Shown in pieces: positions 47,201 through 57,279 of a DNA stretch of 64,000 bases; the first letter of the stretch is position 1, and each line of letters starts with the position of its first letter. The stretch spans positions 930,001 to 994,000 of the forward strand of contig OZ374565.1 in NCBI GenBank assembly GCA_977862235.1, in the 5' to 3' direction. The notes below the pieces were generated by a model, which ran no database searches, was not told the origin of the DNA, and worked only from the letters and a program-made list of their open reading frames with translations. Source of the DNA: Dudresnaya verticillata. Lineage: Eukaryota. Both the position numbers and the translations under genes were made by a program.

Positions 47201-47311
47201 TGTGGTGAAGCGGCCGTTTCGGAGTGCGGACGACGGTTGAACCGACCCGCGCCCGGCGCACTGGTGAGCTGGCGCCAAAAGCCGAAGCGGAGTGCAGTGA
47301 CACAGTAGCAC
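47201..47311 (+). mobile_element. TG-starting repeat, probable LTR 5' end (copy 1)
   Basis: tgtggtgaagcggccgtt...gagctggcgccaaaa...gacacagtagcac is similar to 53653-53763. Confidence 0.65.
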
Positions 47312-47591
47312 GAACGGGACCCGTCGGCTATCTACTATTCGCTATCGCAGCGCTCTACATCAAGCGAACACATAAGCAACTACGTTTGACAACAAGTTTA
47401 TTCGGGCTTCACAAGCGAGGGTAACCCCCGTGCCCGCATGACCTTCCACTACGACCTACGTCGTGAGACGCGGCACTAACCGAACCGTCTATGACGTATG
47501 AATCCCTCGCTCGCCGCCCCACCGCGGGGCAGGCAAAGCGACACCACACGCGCTCTCGCGTTCGCTAACCGTTCTTAACGATCCAACAACG

Positions 47592-49898
47592 CTACGGCTT
47601 TTTCGTCGCAGACGGCCCAAGTGGGGCATCATCCCCGACGCCATTGGCGGATTCTCTTAACGCCTCTTCGTAGAGGTCGTCTTCCGTCACCGACGGTGCG
47701 CTCGCAGCAGGGGCAGGAACGGACCGCCAGGGACCCGCCACAACCACTGCTGTCGAAGTCGCGACATCCGCCGCTGGCGACGCACCTGTCTCACAATCCG
47801 CCTTAGGCGACGACTGCTCGTCAACCGCCATAGGCGCAACGTTAGAGTCGTTATCCGCCTTAGGCGCTACACCAGGAATCTCACTCGCCTTTGGCGGTGG
47901 AGCATCCTCAACCGCCTTGGGCGAAGTCGACGGCCCCGGCGCCTCCGATGACGGGACCGCATTAACCGCCAAAGGCGTTGAACGATCAACATCCGTCACC
48001 GACGAAGAGGCCTCAGGAGCCTGCGGAGCCGCCGTAGGCGCTGTCACCGCACTCGCCTTTGGCGGACTTTTGCTAACAACGTCAGTAGACGCAATGGCGG
48101 ACGAACCCGCACAACCCGCCTTAGGCGACAAAGGCTTTTTCGCCACTCCGTCATTAGACGCCGCACCTTCGTCTTTAGACGGCACAGTCGCAACGAAGGT
48201 CGACGCCGGAACCGCAGCAACGCTGGGCTGCAGAGCAGCCAGCAGCGATTGCCCGAGGGGCGTCGTGGATGAACCGCCCGACCCGTCAGTGACGACACCG
48301 GTGGCTCGCAAGAATGCGAGCACCGTGCGGCGCTGCTCCTCAGTCCATTCGGGCACTGCAGAAGGGCGATGCGCACCGTCCGCGACGTTAGACACTCCGC
48401 CTTGAGGTGTAACTACAGGCGCAGAACTCTCCATGGGCGCAGCCATGATGGCATCAACATCACCGTCATTGACGGGCGCCGAGAGATCCAATGGCGCAAC
48501 CGACGGCAAGCCAACAGGCACAACAGCCGACGGTCCTACCGCCGCTGGCGAAATCGTCGCGGGGGCTGTCGCGCCCGCAGAAAGCTCAACCGCCATAGGC
48601 GTTACGATGTCCGTCCCAGACGGGTTAACCGGTCCGCTGTTAGCGTGGAACGCATCCTCCTCCGCCATCAAGGCGCTCAAGTGGGGTGGGAAATCCCCCG
48701 CAAAGTCGCAATTCTTGCGCAACCCACGTGGGTGATTCGCTGGCGTGAAGCGGTCCGTACGACGATGGCTCTCAGCGATGTTCTCCGTCGTAAGACGTTT
48801 GGTCCACGGGTTGTACCATACCCAATCGCCACAGGCGGAATGATTTCTACTCATCGCGTAACGCCGACGGTTTGCCTTACGGCGCCTGTTTCCCGGCGGC
48901 ACAGCAGCCGGGTCGTCCCAGTTGACGTTATCCGCCACATGGCGTAGATCCCAGAACTCTTGGCAGTTCCTGGCACCGCCCAGCACTTCGATCAAGTCAA
49001 GCCCGCGAAGGAGGCTGACTACGCGTGCCGGCATATAATAGAGCCGGAAGGTGTCATACACCTCCCACATCCATGCGTAAGTTACGTTGACGACCCACTC
49101 GGTGAAAAATACGATCCAACATCGGGAGTACGGATCCGTCCGCAACTCGGAGCCAATATAAGTGACACACGGAGGCAATTCAGCCGCAAAACCCTCGCAG
49201 ACCTCAAAGTCCCGCCACATCGGCGGGACGCGAATGAAGCAATGCGGCAACTTTTCCCGCTCAATGCGATCGACTTGCGTATCTTGATACGGTACAAAAA
49301 CGCCTTTGCGGCGGCGCGTTTCGCACTCCCAACGGACGCAGCGCTCCCAATAGAAGGTGCCCGTCCTATGCAAGTATCGGAAATCCGCTTTCAAGCGTAC
49401 ACCAAGGAGGTTAGCCTCCTGAAGCACCCGCGGCTCAGCCGAAACAGCCACATGGCTTAACGACAACGTCCCAAGACGGTCCCCATAACCAACCTCGCCA
49501 TTTGTGCGGTACTACCCTGCGTCAAATTCAAAGACGGTGGGCGTCAATACCGACCCCGGATAGCGGGTAAACCGCCGATACACGTCAGCGACGAAACGCG
49601 CATGTGCATCTGCACGCGTCTGGCCGGCGGCATTACGCAGCCAACCCCTCGGAATGGCGCACCGATGGCGCCACTCGTTCGTCCACACGACGGCCAGGGG
49701 CAACTCCCCTGGCAAAAATCCGCTCACAGCGTAATGGGTAATCAGATCCTAGTGTCGCAGGGCCTCCTGGTCGAACCAAGGGGCCTGCTTGAATAATCGC
49801 GCATCGTTGCGGGGCGTCCTCCCGACAAAGTCGAGGGGGGACGGATACACCGGCGTCGCCGAAGGCGCAGCCACTCGCAGCCCATTGAACTGCGCCAT
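47592..49898 (-). pseudogene. Antisense accessory ORF of LTR element A (~768 codons, two in-frame TAG stops)
   Basis: ATG at 49898 (MAQFNGLRV) is in frame with ORFs 49512..49727 and 47592..49466; TAG stops at 49749-51 and 49512-14. Trp-rich domain followed by an Ala/Pro/Ser-rich tail. Lies just inside the PPT and 3' LTR. Confidence 0.72.
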
Positions 49899-50350
49899 TA
49901 CGTCTGAGACGTTGAGTAATCACACGCCACTGGCGAACTTCACACGATACGTCAACGATGGTCTCGGACTCCGAAGCCGAGTCAACTACGCCAAAGGCGG
50001 AAGCAAACAAGGCACACGTCAACGACGCTGGACTGAACAACGCCGAAGGCGAACCTCAAAGAAACGCCCTAGGCGATAAGCGCACGCACGCGTGCACAAG
50101 ATACGACGTCAATGACGGGGTTTCACGCACGCTACTGGCGAAGTGAATCAACAACACGTCTTCGACGGGAGTTGTTGCTGCGCCAACGGCGGGTGGACAA
50201 CTGAACGTGCATCTTTGACGGGGCTCAACCAACGCCAAGGGCGGGCCAACACAGACGCGAAGACGCGGGTGACCGACACGGTCGGCACTGGAAGAGACGC
50301 AGACGCGGGAAGGCAGGCAGGCTGAAGCAGGTTGACGTGTTCTCGTTTTC

Positions 50351-50361
50351 GGAGGGGGTCG
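50351..50361 (+). other. Polypurine tract of element A
   Basis: ggaggggg(tcg) immediately before the TG start of the LTR at 50362. Confidence 0.7.
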
Positions 50362-51274
50362 TGTAGTGCCAGGGGGGGTCCCACATTTTCGCTTTCAAGC
50401 GGGTTGATATGCAGCGTCTACCGACGGACGACCGCCAACGGCGCGCTCAACCCGCCCGCGGCGCAAACACATCACCGATGCATTCCGCTGGCCACTCGGG
50501 CCAGAACGGCTCGCTTGGCGTGCATACCGCACGCCTGGACCCGGGGCACTGTACGGCGCCACGCGTGCGCGCGTGGCGCAGTGGCAGGAACGATCGCTGT
50601 AAGCGTGGCCCGAATCCGGATCCAATCGGGATCCCACATCGGGATCAGACATCGGGATTAGGTAGTGTAAGGCCCGCGCCTGTAAGTTTGGCGCACCCGC
50701 ATGGCTGGCCCGAATCCGGACTGGATCGGGATTGGCGCGAATCAAGATCGCACGCGCCATGAGGCGCATGCGGCTGTAAGGAAATAGTCCACGTGTAGGT
50801 GTAAGGACTCGAACGGGGAAGCTACGCGTGATCTGTCAGGAGCGCGGCTGCATGACGGACGGATCTGTCAGACGCGCCTCGGGGCAACACGTGTCCCGAG
50901 TTCCCGCGTGACGCGTACACACGCGTCGCCGCCGCTAGGTAATTCTATACTTAGTTGATCCGTCTCAGACGTCACAGTAAACCCCGGCAAGCCGGCCTTG
51001 GTCCAGACTTCCCCGTTCAGCACGCGTGCACCCTACCGCTGCCTACGGCTAAGCGTCTACCTCCGTGCTTCCACGTCTCTACCCGTCCTTGACGTGTTCC
51101 CTTTCTGTTCTCTTTTGTTCTTCTTTTCCGCCTCGGGCGTTTACAGTCCGCCCAAGGCGAGTCAACCGCTCTACCACCAGTCGCCTACGGCGAGGCTACT
51201 CATCGCCGCAGGCGGCGCTACCCACCGAGCCCCGAACTGCTCGGCGGTGTTCCGTCACCGACGTTTGCACTACA
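50362..51274 (+). mobile_element. 3' LTR of 5'-truncated LTR retrotransposon A, 913 bp
   Basis: TGTAGTGC...GCACTACA inverted termini, preceded by a PPT; highly similar to 51608-52520. Confidence 0.9.
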
Positions 51275-51607
51275 CCGATGGCGTTATGAATCATTCGAGT
51301 ACGAACCGTCTCCCGCGTTGACTTGTATTCGTGCTCACGTAGTATTATTTAGCCAGTCGTCTGGCACAACCTCCGAGGGTTTCCGGTAAGCGACCAGCGC
51401 CCGGACCTCGGAGTCTTAGGTAAAGGCCTGTTTCTTCGAATTCAGTGTCTTTGTCTTCGTGACCGCGGATACGGTCGAGCCTCGCTTTCGATAGCCCCGC
51501 GCACCCGGAGTCATCCCCGGTGATCTATCGCTCGAGTCCTCCCTTCCGCACACGAATACGTTGACACCGAGGTCCTTCGCGTTGGTCGCTCCGCTCTACC
51601 ACGCTAC

Positions 51608-52520
51608 TGTAGTGCCAGGGGGGTCCCCCATTTTCGCTTTCAAGCGGGTTGATAAGCAGCGTCTACGGACGGACGACCGCCAACGGCGCGCTCAACCCGC
51701 CCGCGACGCAAACACGTCACCGACGCCTGCCGCTGGCCACTTGGGCCAGAACGGCTCGCTCGGCGTGCAGACCGCACGCCTGAACCCGGGACACTGTACG
51801 GCGCCACGCGTACGCGCATGGCGCAGTGGCGGGAACGTTCGCTGTGAGCGTGGCCCGAATCCGGATCCAATCGGGATCCCACATCGGGATCAGACATCGG
51901 GATTAGGTAGTGTAAGGCACGCGCCTGTAAGCCTGGAGCATCCGCATCGCTGGCCCGAATCCGGACTGGATCGGGATTGGTGCGGATCGAGATCGCACGC
52001 GCCATGGGGCGCATGCGGCTGTAAGGAAGTAATCCACGTGTAGGTGTAAGGACTCGAGCGGGGAAGCTACGCGTGATCTCTCAGGAGCGCGGCTGCATGA
52101 CGGACGGATCTGTCAGACGCGCCTCGGGACAACACGTGTCCCGAGTTCCCGCGTGACGCGTACACACGCGTCGCCGCCGCTAGGTAATTCTATACTTAGT
52201 TGATCCGTCTCAGACGTCACAGTAAACCCCGGCAAGCCGGCCTTGGTCCAGACTTCCCCGTTCAGCACGCGCGTACCCTACCGTTGCCTACGGCTAAGCG
52301 TCTACCTCCCGTGCTTCCACGTCTCTACCCGTCTTTGACGTGTTCCCTTTTTGTTCTCTTTTGTTCTTCCTTTCCGCCTCGGGCGTTTACAGTCCGTCCA
52401 AGGCGAGTCAACTGCTCTACCGCAAGTCGCCCAAGGCGAGGTTACTCACCGCCACGGGCGTCGCTACCCACCGAGCGCCGAACTGCTCGGCGGTGTTCCG
52501 TCTAGGACGTTTGCACTACA
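51608..52520 (+). mobile_element. Solo LTR of the same family with 5-bp TSD GCTAC
   Basis: TGTAGTGC...GCACTACA, flanked by gctac at 51603-51607 and 52521-52525. Confidence 0.93.
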
Positions 52521-52525
52521 GCTAC

Positions 52526-52928
52526 CACCCTTTTTCGTTTCTCCGTTAGGCGACGAGGCCATTCGTTAGGCTCCGAGGCCATTCCTTACAGTGCGAGACT
52601 TCCCCGCGTCACCGTGGACTTCGTTATACCACATACCTTCCATTACTATGGATCCCGATTCCGGATCCCGATGTCCGATCTGGATCCGATCCGGATCCGG
52701 GCCAAGCTTACAGGCATGTGCCTTACACCTTGTCGATCGGAATGATAATCCGGATCTGCACGTACAGTGCGCGTGCGCGCCGCGCCGCGCGGGGTAACGG
52801 CGGCCGTAGGCCCGTGGGCCAATCGTCCATGACGTGTTCGCGCGCCAACGGCGGTTGAAGTGCCGTCGGTAGACGTTGCCATATAATACGCTCAAAGCGA
52901 AAAAGGGGCAGCCCCCCCTTACACCACA
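52526..52928 (-). mobile_element. U3 part of another related LTR, minus strand, interrupted by the solo LTR (probably continues at 51275-51602)
   Basis: Reverse complement starts tgtggtgtaagggggggctgcccctttttcgcttt...cgtctaccgacgg, resembling the start of the 913-bp LTR; contains a GATC cluster. Confidence 0.7.
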
Positions 52929-53652
52929 AAAGTGACCAAGGTGGAACGATACTACCTGCACACACGAACCACGTTCAAGAAGGCTGGCCACCACCGGCTC
53001 CTCCAGGATATCATTCTCGTCAACAACACCCTCAACAAGGGGACAAGGTGGCGGACATTTCGGCTTCATGGATCACTTAAAATTCAAGAGCACTGTCGTG
53101 CAGTGTGCACCAAAGAAGAGCAATACTGCTTTAATTGATTCAGGAGAAACCCACAACTTCTTTTTTCGAAATCTTTCTTCCACGATTATGAGACAATGAA
53201 GAAGATGAAATTTACAGCTGCAGCGGGTAAATCCATCATGGTTGGAAAAGGAAGATTTGTGCTTCTAATTGATGGTGGGAACAAAATTCAAGCGTACCAC
53301 GCCCCGGAATTTTCGACGAACATCCTTTTTGTGGGTGTGCTCTCGAAAGTTTTCAACTTCTTTTTTACGAGCAACCCTCCAGCACGGAATAATATCAGCA
53401 CCTGTTTCATCCATCGCAGGCCTGACAATGTGATTGTATACAAAATTGAAATCCTCGAAGGATTATATACCCGACATCTATCCACCCATGTTGAAGAATC
53501 AAGGAGCAGGCTTGGTGCATCGCTTAGAAATGCTGGAACATATTTTCACGAGGTTTATGGTCACTGTTACTCAACATCACAAGCCCCATACGGAAAGACA
53601 GAATCCGACCATGCCTTACATTGGCATTACCGCACTGCTCATCCAAGCAGTG
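52929..53652 (+). mobile_element. Ty1/Copia fragment (aspartic protease and GAG-pre-integrase region)
   Basis: LIDSGETHNFF near 53130, frameshifting into AYHAPEFSTNILFVGVL...LHWHYRTAHPS. Confidence 0.75.
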
Positions 53653-53763
53653 TGTGGTCAAGCGGCCGTTGTGGAGTGCCGACGACGGTTGAGCCGACTC
53701 ACGACCGGCGCACCGATGAGCTGGCGCCAAAAACCGAACGGGAGTGCAGCGACACAGTAGCAC
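53653..53763 (+). mobile_element. TG-starting repeat, probable LTR 5' end (copy 2)
   Basis: Similar to 47201-47311; truncates the Copia fragment. Confidence 0.65.
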
Positions 53764-53851
53764 TGTACGCCTTGCTGGAGTCTGCGCGCACCACCAATAG
53801 GAGCCAAGTAGTTGATTTATTTGTAATTAGGTAATTGTAATGATGCTGTAC

Positions 53852-54441
53852 AGTACGTAGTGTCAGCCGGCCAATGAGAATGCCGAGCATGTCCGCAACG
53901 GTGACTGGGACCAGTAGGGCCGGACCCACCTGGTGGCCCAGACCCACCTGGTGGCCCAGACCCATTGGGGTCTGGCCCACACGGACCGGACCGCGGGGCG
54001 TATCTCCCAGTATATTAATGGGTGGCCACCGCGAGTCCTACAGTAAACGGGTACGCAACCCTTGGCAAAGTGACTTACCCTAAGCCTTACCCTCATACTC
54101 CTTTACGGTTTCCCCTCGCCAGCCCCGTGCACGGATTCCTCTTACCTCCGTCCCGGTGTAGCTGTCCTGGCACTGTACCGTCCCCCTTGTCTGTTGCGTC
54201 CCTTTACTCCTTACAGGTGTTGCCGCTCGAGGTACTCCCTTCGGTCTACGAACTAAGCTCTACCACCCCGGTGCCGTGTGAGATCACTCCTTATTGGGAT
54301 TGCCTGATCAGCTCTCCTTACAGGTGTGCCTTTCACTTCACCACATCGTTTTGGTCTCCCGACCTAGAAGGCCGTCAAGGTAGAAGAATCTCCGTTGGAC
54401 TCCGCTTCGGTAGGAGATCAGCTTCGTGACAACTCCGTATT
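53852..54441 (+). repeat. Putative 5' LTR of element B, followed by a PBS-like TGG motif at 54441
   Basis: Imperfect terminal inverted repeats agtacgtagtgtca / tgacaactccgtatt; 18-bp tandem gacccacctggtggccca; TATA-like tatattaat at 54011; tggtgtaaaggcagga follows. Confidence 0.55.
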
Positions 54442-54509
54442 GGTGTAAAGGCAGGACAAGGCAAAACACTCGTTGACTCCGTGTTGGTAATCTACGAATA
54501 GAAGAACAC

Positions 54510-57242
54510 ATGGACCCTACCGTATCGGATCAAGGTGAGGTGCCGTCAACCGCGAGATCACGCCGCGGTGACGATAACACCATCCCGGAGGTGCCCTCTA
54601 CTGCGAGAACACGCCGCAGTGAGCCCACCGAACCGGAGGTAGCCTCAGCCACGAGAACACGCCGTGGCGATGCTGCCGACCTGAACCCCGGTATGGAGAA
54701 CCCCGAAGAACTCCTTAAAGGTGTAACCAGTAAGCTCGCTAGATCCCGACCTGGTTCAGACACTTCCCGCAAGGGTGTATCCAAGCCAGGTGACTCCAAT
54801 CGTGTCCATTGGATACTTTCGGAGGTCATCCCACGGGTGTTGGAGCATCTCCGTATAGAGGTGCAACCCAACATGGTCAAGGAGGTTGAGACCACGCTCG
54901 CCGACACCGTTCCGGTTATTGTTAACTCCTACTTGGAGAAACACCTTCCGGAGTTGGTACAGACGCTCATCCGTCAGGAGCGTCAGGCGTCGGAGATCGA
55001 GCAGATGCTCATCCCCGGACAACCCCTACCGGGACCCAAGGATCAGCACTTTTCTGGACCTACACCGATACGGAATAACTTCCCGGTCAAGGGAGAAACG
55101 ACGTATATGCCAGAAATCCCCACTCAGGTGTTTCCGCCCGATCCGGTAAGGACAGCGGCAGCCCCTGGGTTACCTACCCAAACTTAATACACCGAATTGG
55201 ATCCAACACACCAACCCCAACCGAATCGGAGTACGGTCCCTGGACCCGCAGAAGTGCCTGCGGGGGAACGTATCACCGTGCCGGTGGCTTCGCGTAGAGG
55301 CAGTGAGCACTCCGATGGTGACTCCAAGAAAAACCAAGACCGGAGTGGTAGAGACAGTGCTGACAGAAAGGCCAAGGACTCCCACTCCGATAAGGAACGC
55401 GACCGTTCGCAACGGAGCAAACGCGCTTCGCGACGGGACAAAGAACACTCCGGTACGGAATCTGATGATAGCCAACACCGCAATAGGAAGAAGAATAAGC
55501 GCAAGTCACGCCATAGGCGACGAAAAGGGCATGACTCCTCCCATTCCTCTGGCTCTGATACGAGCTACTCCGATACGGATAGGGACGAGCGGCGTCGGGC
55601 CAGAAAACACGACGCCAAACACCGAGAGGTCGACAGGCCACTCCCAAAGGTGATCCGGCCCCTGAACGACAGGTTCGTGAAGGCGCTGGATTTCCGAACA
55701 TATCGTCTGGAGAAAAGGGGTTCTTACTACAGCTCCAGCTTGTCCCAGAATATGGGACGTATCCGCAAAAAGCTGGAGGTGCAAATGAAGTCCCACTCCT
55801 TTAACGGTACAGACCCCATCACGGTCCTTGGATTTCTCGCGAAGTTCAAGGATGCGTGTAACATCAACTCCATTTCGGAAGGAACCGCACTGTGGTGTTT
55901 CCAGTTTTTCTTAAGTGGACAGGCTGAAGCTTTGCTTCAAGCCCGTCTCGCTGGTGGCACCATGGCGGTCGACGAGGAGCAAGCAGAGATGCTTCGCACC
56001 TATACCGAAGTGGTGAACTTTTTGCTAAGGACTTATGCTACCGATGAGGTGATTGCCGAAGGGTATTTGGACGTAACGTCGTTTCGACAAACGTCGGCCT
56101 TAACGGAAGAGCAATTCTCTAACCAACTTTGGACTAAGGCACTCCGATGCGGTACAGTATTCTCCGACAGGTCCCTCAAGTCGCTGTTTGTGGAAGCACT
56201 CCTACCGGGAACGTGTCAGCAGATGCGCAATTATCTGGCAACACACCCCCACATGGATTACCAAGCCATCACCCGCTACGCTAAAGGGCTCGGAGAATCC
56301 CATCGGGCAACCAGACGCAAACGAGCACTTCTCGTTTCAAGACGAGCGAATGTAGCGAGTATTAGACGTCGGATCGACCCGACGTGAAAACGGCCACTAC
56401 AATTGTATGGATGTGACAGGTCGAGCACGTGGTCGCGATCGCTCCCACGTCGGCATATCGTCAGCGACGCAATTTCGTGCAGCGGCTGGGCGTCGGTGCC
56501 CTTCGCCGTCGACGGCCGCTGCCCCAGGCTTGGTTAGCTGGGGGCTTGCCGCTCCCCAACTCCCACACCCGCTGAATCGGAGGAGCACGTGCTCGCTCTG
56601 GAAGGTGGCGCGGGTCGTAGCGCCGGCACCTTGTCGGGGGTTACGTTTACTACAGCGTACTCTTCCCCACCGAGTAGTGTCTACCCTACTCCGCCTCGGA
56701 CTCCCAACCTTCGCCCACCAGCGCCACGGATGCCACCACCCCGGCAACCCCGCTACGGACCGGCTGATAGCCGCTACGGCCCCACCACACACCGTCAGGG
56801 AACCACCGGGCAGCATCCCAGCCATATTGGACACCCCCACGGCAACACGCCTCCCCGTCAAGGGCAGGGCAAACACCGTATTGGAAAACAATCCCCTGCT
56901 GCAGAGCATACGGATCACACCTCACCGGATGTCCGACGCCTCTATGGAAGCGGCTACTGTCGCTTGTGCCTTTCCCCGGACCATGTCATTTGTCCGTATC
57001 TGAGCGACACCGAAAGGGGTCCCCTGATGGAAGAGCGCGAGCGCAACTATCAAGCGCTCCTCCTCAAGCGGCAGGCCTTTGCAAACTCCAATACGGGAAA
57101 TCGTCCGCCGGGCAACTACCAGCAACGCCCAGCACGGGTGCTGACTGTCGATGGTGGTGCGGTTGGCGAGTCCCCAGCTGAAATGGAGGAGGAGGCACTC
57201 ATGGCGCACCCCGACTCGGAAAACGTCGCAGGAGACGTGTAA
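54510..57242 (+). pseudogene. gag: gag of element B (in-frame TAA at 55185-87 and a frameshift near 56300-56600)
   Basis: EVPSTARxRR repeats, capsid-like SFNGTDPITVLGFLAKF..ALWCFQFFLSG, zinc-knuckle variant CRLCLSPDHVIC. Confidence 0.8.
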
Positions 57243-57279
57243 GGGCGTCCCCGTCTCCTCAACGCGACGTGGTACGCCC
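57218..57279 (+). promoter_or_regulatory. Predicted -1 ribosomal frameshift signal (G_GAA_AAC plus pseudoknot)
   Basis: Heptamer 57218-24, 5-nt spacer, stem aggagacg/cgtctcct, loop gggcgt complementary to downstream acgccc; pol is open in the -1 frame. Confidence 0.72.

Noticed and set aside
50362..52520. The two 913-bp LTRs as one TRIM-like mini-element
   Set aside because: The second copy has its own GCTAC TSD and the first is preceded by a PPT, so they are separate insertions.
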